The translations under genes and the position numbers were made by a program. Of a stretch of 64,000 nucleotides of DNA, positions 18,716-27,867 are shown piece by piece (within the stretch, counting starts at the first letter, position 1; every line of letters begins with the position of its first letter). Source of the stretch: an uncultured archaeon (GTDB lineage: Archaea > Iainarchaeota > Iainarchaeia > Iainarchaeales > JAAZKV01); the NCBI GenBank assembly GCA_964534045.1, contig CAZHNO010000003.1:37323-101322 (forward strand), given 5' to 3'. Below the pieces are notes generated by a model. The model saw only the letters and a list, made by a program, of their open reading frames with translations, was not told where the DNA came from and did no database searches.

Positions 18716-20074
18716 TTATTCAAGTTTTAAATTTGGATATAATGGAAAATTCTTACACAATTTTTTAACTTCTTCTCTTATTTCTTTCACTCGCACATTT
18801 GATTTAAGCTCTTGTTTGAATTTTTTGATTGCTTCTTTTCTCTGTTCAGGATTAGATGGCATTTCAAGCGGAGCGAACAATTTTATTATTTCTGAAATCC
18901 AATTTCCTATTTGAAGCATTTCTTTTTCTTTCATTCCCCTTGTTGTGAGAGATGGCGTACCTAAACGAATGCCTGAAGGATAGAACGGAGAGAAGGGTTC
19001 TTTTGGAATAGTATTTTTATTCACAGTTATTCCTGCTTCATCTAATGCTTCTTGAACAAACAAGCCTTTTCCATTACCAAAAGAAGTTAGGTCAATTAGA
19101 CAAAGGTGATTATCTGTTCCATTTGAAACTAATTTTATTCCATTTTCTATTAAAGAAGAGGCAAGTGCCTTTGAATTAAGAACAATTTGCTTTGCATAAT
19201 CTTTGAACTCTGGCTCAAGGGCTTCTTTGAAAGCAACTGCTTTACCTGCGTTAATGTGATCATGTGGGCCACCTTGCAAGCCGGGAAAAACAGCCGAATC
19301 AATTTTCTTAGCCAAATCTACATCTTTATCCAAACCTTTTTGTGTAACCATTATCATTCCACCACGAGGGCCTCGTAAAGTTTTGTGAGTTGTGCTTGTT
19401 ACAATGTGAGCAAATGGAACTGGAGAAGAATGAACTTCGCCAACTATTAAACCGGCGATGTGAGCAATATCACAAGCAAAATATGCTCCGACTTCGTCAG
19501 CAATCTTTGACATCTCTTCAAAAGGAAATTCTCTTGGATATGCTGTTGCTCCACACCAAATTAGTTTTGGTTTGTGCTTTCTAGCAAGAAAAGCAACCTC
19601 TTCCAAGTCAATATAACCATCATCTTTCACATGATATGGGATTGAGTTATAGAACTGGCCTGTAGAACTAACTTTGAAGCCGTGAGTTAAATGCCCACCA
19701 TCACTTAAATTCAAACCCATTATTGTGTCGCCTGGTTTGCAACAAGCCAAGTAAACAGCTAAATTTGCTGGAGAGCCTGAATAAGGTTGAATGTTTGCGT
19801 GTGGAACAGAGAAAAGTTTTTTTGCTCTTTCAACTGCAATGTCTTCCATTTGGTCAACAAATTTTTGCCCACCATAATATCTTTTGTGAGAATAACCTTC
19901 AGAATATTTATTATTAAAAATCGAACCCATTGCCTGTTGAACAGCAAAAGAAATATTGTTTTCAGAAGGAATCATTTCCAAGCCCTCTTCTTCTCTCTGT
20001 AATTCATTTTTTATTGTATCAAAAATCTCTTTGTCTTTTTCACTTAACTTTTGCATAAAATCTTTTTCACTCAT
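18716..20074 (-). CDS. glyA: Serine hydroxymethyltransferase, bacterial type
   Basis: MIPSEN, YSEGY..KRYYGG, GGHLTHG, TTHKTLRGPRGG (PLP Lys), GIRLGTP. Confidence 0.97.
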   Translation of the reverse strand: MSEKDFMQKLSEKDKEIFDTIKNELQREEEGLEMIPSENNISFAVQQAMGSIFNNKYSEGYSHKRYYGGQKFVDQMEDIAVERAKKLFSVPHANIQPYSGSPANLAVYLACCKPGDTIMGLNLSDGGHLTHGFKVSSTGQFYNSIPYHVKDDGYIDLEEVAFLARKHKPKLIWCGATAYPREFPFEEMSKIADEVGAYFACDIAHIAGLIVGEVHSSPVPFAHIVTSTTHKTLRGPRGGMIMVTQKGLDKDVDLAKKIDSAVFPGLQGGPHDHINAGKAVAFKEALEPEFKDYAKQIVLNSKALASSLIENGIKLVSNGTDNHLCLIDLTSFGNGKGLFVQEALDEAGITVNKNTIPKEPFSPFYPSGIRLGTPSLTTRGMKEKEMLQIGNWISEIIKLFAPLEMPSNPEQRKEAIKKFKQELKSNVRVKEIREEVKKLCKNFPLYPNLKLE

Positions 20075-20079
20075 AAAAA

Positions 20080-20748
20080 TCAACTTTCTAAAACTTCTTT
20101 TACTTTTTCATAAATCATTTCGTGAATTTTTTCAATTGAGAGCAATGAATTATTTTCAACACAATCTAATTTTGTCCAGTTTAATTTTGGAATTGTTTTA
20201 TCAAATTCTTTTGTATAATTTTTTTGAAATTCAATATCTGCTTCATGCTGATCGCGTTTTTGTCCTTTCTTATATGCCTCAGCATTTTCATTATTATCAA
20301 GTAATTTCATTGAATACTCAACAGGAACATATAATACAAGAGTTAAATCTGGTTGGGGCAAACGAGAAGAAACATTATTTATCCAATTCCAAATCTCTTC
20401 TTTTTTTTCTTCAGGAGTTAAGGCAACTTGATAAGTAAGTGTTGAAGAAAAGTAACGAGAAAGAAGAATTATCTTTCCCCCATCTAAAGCTTTTTCCATT
20501 TGCCATTTTGACTCATAAAAATCTGTCATATAAAGCATCGCAATAAATTCTGGTGGAATATCTTCTTTTTTTCCATATTCTCCCATTAAATAAGCATCAA
20601 CAACTTTTCCAAACGAAATATCGTGTTTTGGAAAATGCATGTGCAAAACTTCTTCGCCTTCTTTTTCTAATCTTTCTTTTAACAATTTTAACTGAGTGCT
20701 CTTTCCTGAGCTATCTCCGCCTTCTAAAACTATTAGCTTTCCTTTCAT
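20080..20748 (-). CDS. tmk: Thymidylate kinase (paralog 2)
   Basis: IVLEGGDSSGKSTQ P-loop, SRYFSSTLTYQ, PDL, DQHEAD. Confidence 0.85.
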   Translation of the reverse strand: MKGKLIVLEGGDSSGKSTQLKLLKERLEKEGEEVLHMHFPKHDISFGKVVDAYLMGEYGKKEDIPPEFIAMLYMTDFYESKWQMEKALDGGKIILLSRYFSSTLTYQVALTPEEKKEEIWNWINNVSSRLPQPDLTLVLYVPVEYSMKLLDNNENAEAYKKGQKRDQHEADIEFQKNYTKEFDKTIPKLNWTKLDCVENNSLLSIEKIHEMIYEKVKEVLES

Positions 20749-20797
20749 AAAAATAAATTTTTTAATTAATTATTTTTTAATTCTTTTAAATTATTTT

Positions 20798-21361
20798 TCA
20801 CTTTACTTTTGCTAAATTACCTTCGTTATTTTTTGATTCATATTTTACTTGATATTGAACTTTATCATCCAACATATCTTTTTCTCGCCAATCATTTACC
20901 CATTCATCAACGCTATGTGCAACAACCTCTCCATTTTCATTATTTCCAACAAATCTTTTAATTCCAGAATTAATAATCATTTTTTTGCACATAAAACAAG
21001 GATAAGCTAAAACAAATTTGTCTCCTTCTTCTGAGCGTTTTACAAAATAAAGGTAAATTGTTCCATCTAAAAGAGAAACTCCTGCACGAGCAGCATTAAT
21101 AATTGCATTTTGCTCAGCATGAACCGAACGACAAATTTCATATCTCTGTCCTGATGGAATGCCCAATTCTCTCCTTAAACAATTTCCTCTTTCAAAACAA
21201 TCTTTTGTGTGGCGTGGAGCACCTATGTAACCAGTGGCAATTATCTGATCGTCACGAACAATTATTGCTCCGCCTTTAACAGACATACAAGTGCTTCTTT
21301 CAGCAACTTCTTTTGCAATATTCCAATAATAAACATCCTTGCCAGGACGATAATTTGACAT
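20798..21361 (-). CDS. dCMP deaminase (ComEB family)
   Basis: RSTC, ATGY.G.P, HAEQNAII, PCFMCKKMIINSGI; GGGTG RBS before ATG 21361. Confidence 0.9.
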   Translation of the reverse strand: MSNYRPGKDVYYWNIAKEVAERSTCMSVKGGAIIVRDDQIIATGYIGAPRHTKDCFERGNCLRRELGIPSGQRYEICRSVHAEQNAIINAARAGVSLLDGTIYLYFVKRSEEGDKFVLAYPCFMCKKMIINSGIKRFVGNNENGEVVAHSVDEWVNDWREKDMLDDKVQYQVKYESKNNEGNLAKVK

Positions 21362-21462
21362 TTCAACACCCAAAAAAATATAGTGCAAGTTGTTATAAAT
21401 ATAATTCACAAAAAACAATTTTAAGCAAATTTGTTTAAATACTTTTAAAATTATAAATAACT

Positions 21463-22083
21463 ATGCAAATTGACTCTATTTACTTAGTAGTTCATCCACT
21501 TTTTAGACAAGCACAAATGAAAGACTCAAAAGAAAGACGTGCTGTAACTCAAAATGAAATGGATAACTATGGTCGAATGATTCTTGAAGCAAAGAAAAAT
21601 GCAAATTCGCTAATAATTTTTGTCCCAACAACAACTAAAAATCCAGAAACTAGAAAAAAACAAGCCAGATTAATAAAATTTGCTAGAAAGACACTTGGAA
21701 AAAGAGTAATTAGTCTGTCAACTGAATTTGGTTTTCGAGAACACCGCCGTTTAAAAGACATGGTTGACAGTCGACCAGAAGACACACAACGAATACAAGC
21801 CGCAATAAAAGAAGCCACAAAAAAGTTATCCCAATTTGAATTCACAAAAAAACCAACAATTATTTCATCTGGACAATTTCTTGGCCAGTGTGTTATGAAT
21901 GGCTCTTTTAACCTAGAATATATTCTAAAATTAAGAGGCTCAAAACCAAATATCTCTTTTCAAAAAGAGTCAAAAACGCTATCTGATACAGTTGTTTTAC
22001 TCGGAAAGAATCGCTCAATGATTGCATTTAGGAAATGGCGACAAAAAACTTTTGGAAAAAAAGCTAAAAAGCACTTATCATAG
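21463..22083 (+). CDS. Basic hypothetical protein, possibly isochorismatase-like fold
   Basis: IYLVVHPLF and SGQFLGQCV segments; K/R-rich C-terminus; fold guess by eye. Confidence 0.6.
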   Translation: MQIDSIYLVVHPLFRQAQMKDSKERRAVTQNEMDNYGRMILEAKKNANSLIIFVPTTTKNPETRKKQARLIKFARKTLGKRVISLSTEFGFREHRRLKDMVDSRPEDTQRIQAAIKEATKKLSQFEFTKKPTIISSGQFLGQCVMNGSFNLEYILKLRGSKPNISFQKESKTLSDTVVLLGKNRSMIAFRKWRQKTFGKKAKKHLS

Positions 22084-22146
22084 GACACTTTTTTGCTTTG
22101 AGCTGTGAATTAATAAGAATTTTGCAAATTAATTTTAATGATATAA

Positions 22147-23475
22147 ATGGAAATTACACTTACTGAAATTAACAAAAATGAGCTACAAAAATTAAATGAT
22201 TTCTTAGAAAATAATGAATTAAATGTTCAAGAGTTTAATGAACTGACAAAAACAATTAACTTTTCTTTTTCTGTAGAAAATTGTTCACGACTTTTAAGTC
22301 ACCACATCTGTGAATCTTTGGATTCATACACTCAACAAAGTCAAAGATATGTAAAAATGGGCAATGAAGCATTTGTAATTCCAAAAGAAATTGAAAAAAG
22401 TGATTTGAAAGAGGAGTATGAAAAATTAAATTTGGATTTATTTAAATTCTATAATAAAATAACTCAAATAAAAGAGGGATTTGCTGGAAGGAAAGCAAGT
22501 GAACAAGATTATGTTTATGGAATAAAAATAGAAGATGGAAGGTATGTTCTTCCATTAGCAACAAAAACCAACATAATAGTAACAATGAACCTATCAAAAA
22601 CAATTAACTTTTTCAATACAATAAAAAAAGCAAAAATAAATGAAGGCGAAGAGTTACTTGAAAAAATAAAAGAACTTCTTGGGAAAAATATTAGCAAATT
22701 TATTGAAAAAAATTTAAGTGAATTTGATTCTGGCAAAGTGAATGATTTTGTTCAAGAATATTTTAACAAAATTGATTCGAAAAACAATTGCGCTTTGTTA
22801 AACAAATTTGAAGAGCCATTAATTAGAAGTGGTTTGGGAGCATTAACGTCAACAAATGAAATTGGGGCGTCAAAAATAAAAGAAAAATGGGATGAAAAAA
22901 ATGAAGCCATTGAAAAAGCAAAGGCTGTTACTGAAAGAGTAATTGGCTATGGACACACATCCATAATTGAGCACGCGAGGACTAATTTTGGAATGCAAAT
23001 GTCATTAACTTGTTATCACCAATTTGAAAGACATAGACTACCAAACAATATTAGAGAAGAGTTTTCAAACTTACCTTTAGACAGAGAAGTAATTATGCCC
23101 CCCAGTGTTGAAAAAAATCAAGAAATTAACAAAGAATTCATGGAAAAAGTCCAAATGGTAAAAGAATTTAGAAAAAAAATGAATGAAAAGAATTTGCCTC
23201 AAGAATATTTGCTACTGAATTGTGATATTTTGAAATTGATTAGTTCAACAAATGCTAGAATTGATAACGAAATTTTGGCAGAAAGAACATGTAATAATGC
23301 TCAATGGGAAATAAGAGATTTATACACAAAAAAATTAGAACAATTACAAAAAACAGCCAAAGTATTATATGATAAAGCTGGGCCACCATGCACAAAAGGC
23401 ACTTGCCCTGAAGGCGCACTAAGTTGTGGAAAAATAATTGAAGTTAGAAAAAAATTTGGTTACTTTGGAAAATAA
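22147..23475 (+). CDS. thyX: FAD-dependent thymidylate synthase, tandem two-domain form
   Basis: N-domain SRLLSHH...SYTQQSQRYV and EDGRYVLPLATKT; C-domain GHTSIIEH, HQFERHR, RTCNNAQWEIR, GPPC..G.CPEG..SCG. Confidence 0.85.
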   Translation: MEITLTEINKNELQKLNDFLENNELNVQEFNELTKTINFSFSVENCSRLLSHHICESLDSYTQQSQRYVKMGNEAFVIPKEIEKSDLKEEYEKLNLDLFKFYNKITQIKEGFAGRKASEQDYVYGIKIEDGRYVLPLATKTNIIVTMNLSKTINFFNTIKKAKINEGEELLEKIKELLGKNISKFIEKNLSEFDSGKVNDFVQEYFNKIDSKNNCALLNKFEEPLIRSGLGALTSTNEIGASKIKEKWDEKNEAIEKAKAVTERVIGYGHTSIIEHARTNFGMQMSLTCYHQFERHRLPNNIREEFSNLPLDREVIMPPSVEKNQEINKEFMEKVQMVKEFRKKMNEKNLPQEYLLLNCDILKLISSTNARIDNEILAERTCNNAQWEIRDLYTKKLEQLQKTAKVLYDKAGPPCTKGTCPEGALSCGKIIEVRKKFGYFGK

Positions 23476-23501
23476 AAAAAGCAAAATAAGAAACCTTTTT
23501 A

Positions 23502-23657
23502 TTAATTTAAAACTTCAAGCAAAATTAAATATGCATCAATTTTTCCAGAAACACGATTGTGTAATTTAGAATTTGGTAAGAGTTCCTTTTCCAACCCTTG
23601 CAAAAAAACAATTTCTTTATGTAACCATTCTTTTAATTCAATACACTTACAATTCAC
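23502..23657 (-). CDS. Small hypothetical protein (51 aa, GTG start)
   Basis: AAAGGTG RBS then MNCKCIELKEWLHKEIVFLQGLEKELLPNSKLHNRVSGKIDAYLILLEVLN; directly downstream of 23668-23925. Confidence 0.35.
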   Translation of the reverse strand: MNCKCIELKEWLHKEIVFLQGLEKELLPNSKLHNRVSGKIDAYLILLEVLN

Positions 23658-23667
23658 AAAAACACCT

Positions 23668-23925
23668 TTAGAAATTAATCCACTTTTTAAAAATAAAAAA
23701 TGACAAAAATAAAGATAGTAACAAAGGAAATAAACTAAAAATAAAAAGTAATTTTACTAAAACTAAAAAAGCTAATAAAAAAAATAAAGAAATTCCAATT
23801 AAATACACATTTTTTAAAACAAAATCATTAATTTTATAGAAATTCTTTTCCAAAATAGAACAATTCTCTTTCGAATTACAACTTTCACAATATACATACT
23901 CACGTTTCATCAAATCAACTCTCAA
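23668..23925 (-). CDS. Small hypothetical membrane protein
   Basis: CESC...C N-terminus then two hydrophobic segments. Confidence 0.45.
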   Translation of the reverse strand: MRVDLMKREYVYCESCNSKENCSILEKNFYKINDFVLKNVYLIGISLFFLLAFLVLVKLLFIFSLFPLLLSLFLSFFIFKKWINF

Positions 23926-24187
23926 AATTATTAAAATGCACGAACAATTAGTCGTGTTGGGTTAAAAAAAAAACAATTTTCTCACCAAAAATTGTCTTAC
24001 TTTATAACATAAATTAGAAAGATTAAAAAAGCTAACTCAACTTTTTTGAAAAAAAACAAAAAAAAACAACACCGGCATGGAACTCAAAACTAATTTAAAA
24101 ACAAGCCAACAATAATTATACTATTGTGTCAGAGAATTAATTCTCGCCAAGAATAATTCTAAACGGCACAAAAAGAAGGTGATAAAA

Positions 24188-25138
24188 ATGGCGAAAAAAA
24201 TAGAAACAATAACTGATTTGCCCGGGGTGGGTGAAACTGCAGCAAAAAAATTATTTGATGCAGGATATAAAACACTAGAACAAATGGCTGTAGCAAGCCC
24301 AATGGAATTAAAAGAAATTGCTGGTTTAGGGGACGGCACAGCTGACAAAGCAATAAAAGCAGCAAGAGATGCTCTTGAAATGGGCTTTGAGAGTGCTGAT
24401 GTATTAGCTGAAAAAAGAAAACTCGTTGGAAGAATAACAACCGGCTCAACAGAACTAGATACTTTAATTGGGGGCGGAATAGAAACACAATCAATTACTG
24501 AAGTTTATGGAAAAATGGCTTCGGGAAAAAGTCAATGGTGCTTTCAAACCGCAGTAACCGTTCAACTCCCAAAAGAATTGGGTGGCTTAGAAGGAGCTTG
24601 CTTGTATATTGATTCTGAAAATTCATTCAGACCAGAAAGAGTAATACAAATCGCAAAAAAATTAGAATTGGATGTTGATTCAGTTTTGAAAAACATACTT
24701 GTTGCAAGAGCATACAATGCGGATCATCAAATGTTATTAGCAGAAAAAGCATCAGACATGATAAAAGAAAAAAATATTAAATTATTAATTGTTGATTCAC
24801 TAATGGCACAATTCAGAGCAGAATATGTTGGAAGAGGAACACTTTCAGAGAGACAACAAAAAATAAACAAACACTTGAGAACGCTACAAAAACTTGCAGA
24901 AATGTATAATATTGCAGTGCTTGTAACTAACCAAGTAATGTCAAGACCAGATATTTTGTTTGGGGACCCCACAGAACCTGTTGGGGGAAATATTGTTGGG
25001 CACGCAACAAAAACTCGTCTATACTTGAGAAAAAGCAAGGATGATAAAAGAGTTGCAAAACTAGTTGACTCACCATCACTGCCTGATGGAGAAGCACTGT
25101 ATAGAATAACAGAACACGGAATATTAGACGTTGAATAA
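24188..25138 (+). CDS. radA: DNA repair and recombination protein RadA
   Basis: HhH N-domain DLPGVG, GKMASGKSQ Walker A, LLIVDS Walker B, FRAEYVGRGTLSERQQK, GGNIVGH; AAGGTGA RBS. Confidence 0.98.
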   Translation: MAKKIETITDLPGVGETAAKKLFDAGYKTLEQMAVASPMELKEIAGLGDGTADKAIKAARDALEMGFESADVLAEKRKLVGRITTGSTELDTLIGGGIETQSITEVYGKMASGKSQWCFQTAVTVQLPKELGGLEGACLYIDSENSFRPERVIQIAKKLELDVDSVLKNILVARAYNADHQMLLAEKASDMIKEKNIKLLIVDSLMAQFRAEYVGRGTLSERQQKINKHLRTLQKLAEMYNIAVLVTNQVMSRPDILFGDPTEPVGGNIVGHATKTRLYLRKSKDDKRVAKLVDSPSLPDGEALYRITEHGILDVE

Positions 25139-25147
25139 AAATTAAAT

Positions 25148-25173
25148 AATTGCTCCGCACACACGGAGCAATT
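25148..25173 (+). terminator. Perfect 10-bp hairpin downstream of radA
   Basis: AATTGCTCCG-CACACA-CGGAGCAATT, 10 nt after the radA stop, T-rich tract shortly downstream. Confidence 0.55.
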
Positions 25174-25211
25174 CACATTATTTTTTAAGCAGAAACAACA
25201 AATACCTAATT

Positions 25212-25847
25212 ATGAATGGCTTCAAATTAACAAAAAAAATTGGTGAAGTTGAATTATGGAAGCATCCGGCTGGACACAAATTTATTCGATTTAGTGATTC
25301 CTCTCTTAGTGGAAAAGAAATTCCTCATCCAAAAAAAATACCACAAATTGATTATCCTGGAGTAAATTTTGTTACAACACTTGAAACAGAAGTCAGTGGT
25401 AAAAAGCAACAAATTTGGGCAAAAGAAGTTGGCGGAAAAGCAGATGATATATTAAAAATATTTTTTACAAACCCAAAAAATCGTTATAGAAAAAATACAC
25501 ACCATGCAAGAACATTGCGACAAATTAGGGCAGCTGGTTTTCAAGCACCAGAACCACTAGGAATATTATATCCGGCTAGCGGAAAACCACTAATGCTAAC
25601 AACACACATAAATGGAAGTCCTTGTGAAGATAGAATAGAAAGAAGGCTACTTGTTGCCCAATTAAAATTAGCAGGATTACACCCATCAGATTTCCACAAA
25701 AAAAATATTTTCAAAACAGAAAAAGGTTTAGCAATAATTGATGCATCAAGGTTTGGGCCAGTAAACAAAGAAAAATTACTTGCGACAATAAAAAGACAAA
25801 AGCAAATACAACAACAAAAACTAGCAAAAAAAAGAAAATTACTTTAA
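25212..25847 (+). CDS. Protein kinase-like (RIO/Kdo/APH-like) hypothetical protein
   Basis: IWAKE, HPSDFHKKNIF (catalytic loop), AIIDAS (Mg-binding) motifs; basic C-terminus. Confidence 0.65.
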   Translation: MNGFKLTKKIGEVELWKHPAGHKFIRFSDSSLSGKEIPHPKKIPQIDYPGVNFVTTLETEVSGKKQQIWAKEVGGKADDILKIFFTNPKNRYRKNTHHARTLRQIRAAGFQAPEPLGILYPASGKPLMLTTHINGSPCEDRIERRLLVAQLKLAGLHPSDFHKKNIFKTEKGLAIIDASRFGPVNKEKLLATIKRQKQIQQQKLAKKRKLL

Positions 25848-26966
25848 CAAATAATCTTTTTCAAACTCTTTTTTGAATTTTATGAAATTGTTTTCTTGAA
25901 TTGCTTTTCTAGAATTTTTTATTAAATTTTGAATAAAATAAATATTGTGATAAGAAAGCAAAATGTGTGCATTCTGTTCATAAGTTTTGAACAAATGGTG
26001 TAAATATGCGCGAGAATGATTTTTGCAAACAAAACAATCACATTCTTTATCAAGTGAAGAAAAATCTTCTTTGTTTTTTGCATTAGCAATTTCTATTGCT
26101 CCGCTAGAAGTAAAAACTTTTCCATGGCGAGCCATTCTGGTTGGATATGCTGAATCAAAACAATCAGCCCCTTGTTCAATTGCTGAAAGGATTTCTAATG
26201 GCGAACCAATACCCATTACATACGTTGGATTATTTTCTGGCAAAACTTCCTTTACAGCTTTAATTATTCTAATCATATCTTCTTGCGCTTCGCCAATACC
26301 AAAACCACCCAATGCAACACCATCAAAACCAATTTTTGTTAAAGCAAGAGCACAATTCTGCCTAATGTCAGCATGATTTCCACCTTGTGCAATACCAAAA
26401 ATTAATTGCTTTGAATTGGTTTTATTTTTACTAGAATCATGTGTGTTTTTACATCTTTGAGCCCATTCAATAGTGCGAATTGCTGAATCTAAATAATCAT
26501 TTCTGTTTTTTCCAAATAAAGGTTGGTGGTCAAGACACATTGCAACATCTGAACCCAAAACATTTTGTATTTCAATAGCTTTTTCGGGAGTAATTAATTC
26601 TTGTGATTTATCAAATGGATTTTTCAAATAAACTCCTTTATCTGTTACTCTTGGAGAAAAATGATCAAGTATTAATTGAAAACCACCCGAGTCAGTAAAA
26701 AGCGCTTTATCCCAAGACATAAAACTATGTAAGCCACCTGCTTTTTCTATTACTTGTAAACCTGGCTTTAAATAATTAATAAAAGCATTAGAAATCAAAC
26801 AATCAAAACCCATTTCTTTCAATTCTGAATTAAGAATATTTTTTACTGCACCCTTGGTTGCAACTGGCATAAAAAAAGGAGTTTTTATTTCCCCATGTGC
26901 TGTTTTTAAAATTCCTGTGCGTGCGGAGCAACTAGAATCTTTATGTTTAATTTCAAAACAAGACAT
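25839..26966 (-). CDS. tgt: tRNA-guanine transglycosylase, bacterial (queuine-pathway) type
   Basis: TPFFMPVAT, TDSGGFQ, GIAQGG, GG.G.GE, YVMGIG, FDS..PTR.AR, CDCFVC..HSRAYLHHL Zn site. Confidence 0.95.
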   Translation of the reverse strand: MSCFEIKHKDSSCSARTGILKTAHGEIKTPFFMPVATKGAVKNILNSELKEMGFDCLISNAFINYLKPGLQVIEKAGGLHSFMSWDKALFTDSGGFQLILDHFSPRVTDKGVYLKNPFDKSQELITPEKAIEIQNVLGSDVAMCLDHQPLFGKNRNDYLDSAIRTIEWAQRCKNTHDSSKNKTNSKQLIFGIAQGGNHADIRQNCALALTKIGFDGVALGGFGIGEAQEDMIRIIKAVKEVLPENNPTYVMGIGSPLEILSAIEQGADCFDSAYPTRMARHGKVFTSSGAIEIANAKNKEDFSSLDKECDCFVCKNHSRAYLHHLFKTYEQNAHILLSYHNIYFIQNLIKNSRKAIQENNFIKFKKEFEKDYLLK

Positions 26967-27091
26967 ATAATAAATTATCAAAAAAAGAATTTAAAAAAGC
27001 AAGTTAGCTTTCTGGTTATTGAAAATAGCCAAATTCTTCGTATCAGCCAAGTGAAATTGGCTTTTTAAAAGGTTTTGACTAGAAATTATTT

Positions 27092-27359
27092 TGGACTAGA
27101 CTGGGCCGCCAGCGGTGGCTTGTTACCAGAAATCCGCTTTATGCTGGAGTCGAAGCTGAAGAAGAGGTTTTAATGCTAATGCATTTCGCCAAAGGCAAAT
27201 GTCGAAGCTCTGTCCTTACAGGCCCTTTTATGAAACGAACCCCGCCAGACTCGGAAGAGAGCAACGGTAATTTTATTAGAGAGCGCTGAAGGGTAACGGA
27301 GTGGAGTTTGTGTTTGGAAAGAGTGCACTAACTAGAAATCCATTCTTCAGCACGTCCAC
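27092..27359 (+). ncRNA. ffs: Signal recognition particle RNA (7S), about 268 nt
   Basis: Helix 1 TGGAC/GTCCA; Alu domain GACT/AGTC with UGU motif and AGCGG/CCGCT loop-loop complement; helix 5 CTGAAGAA/TTCTTCAG; helix 8 CCCGCCAG-ACTC-GGAA-GAG-AGCAACGG. Confidence 0.93.
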
Positions 27360-27447
27360 TTGATGTGGTGCTATTACAAATAGCACTTAACCACGTTTCG
27401 GAACCGCCCTACGAAATGGGCGAATCCATTCTTCAGTGTGTCCACTT
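27337..27447 (+). repeat. Direct repeat of the SRP RNA 3' end (25 nt, 22/25 identical)
   Basis: AATCCATTCTTCAGCACGTCCACTT (27337-27361) vs AATCCATTCTTCAGTGTGTCCACTT (27423-27447). Confidence 0.9.
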
Positions 27448-27680
27448 ATTGTAGTTGAACTATTTTCTGGTACATTAGCACAAGATAACAAATACGCACG
27501 CTTAGGGATTATCAATTGGAAAACTTCTCATTGGGCTACCAACGGTGCCCTCCGGCGCCGCCTCACGGAAGGGGCGAGAGAAAGGTTTTTATATCATTAA
27601 AACGTTGATTCTTGCAAGTAATCTTAAAATAAGCAAGTGGCTTATTTTATTAAAAAAATGGATTTAATGGAGGATTATCA

Positions 27681-27863
27681 ATGGTTTTCGAAAAGAAAAT
27701 GTCTGTAAAAGATCTTATTGAACAAATGCGACAAGAATTACAGAGAGATAGGTCAACACCAGCAAAAAAAGGTGCAAAAGCAAAATCTGTAAAAAAGGCT
27801 ACAAAAAAGAAGCCTGCTAAAAAAAAGGCAAAAAAAGCTGTGAAGAAAAAAAAGAAAATTTAA
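27681..27863 (+). CDS. Small protein with histone H1-like Lys/Ala/Pro tail
   Basis: GGAGG RBS; helical N-half then TPAKKGAKAKSVKKATKKKPAKKKAKKAVKKKKKI. Confidence 0.75.
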   Translation: MVFEKKMSVKDLIEQMRQELQRDRSTPAKKGAKAKSVKKATKKKPAKKKAKKAVKKKKKI

Positions 27864-27867
27864 AAAA

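Noticed and set aside
21421-21438. Near-palindrome TTAAGCAAA/TTTGTTTAA between dCMP deaminase and the next gene
   Set aside because: AT-rich with a mismatch; likely by chance in this composition
27014-27062. preQ1 riboswitch upstream of tgt (two hairpins GGTTATT/AATAGCC and AGCCAA/TTGGCT)
   Set aside because: No preQ1 consensus loop or A-rich tail on the tgt strand; kept only as unexplained hairpins
27530-27580. 5S rRNA, RNase P RNA or ykkC-type riboswitch
   Set aside because: Only short local resemblances (TGCCCTCCG...AGGGGCG; CGGAGGG...GCCC); the other conserved helices and motifs of these families are absent
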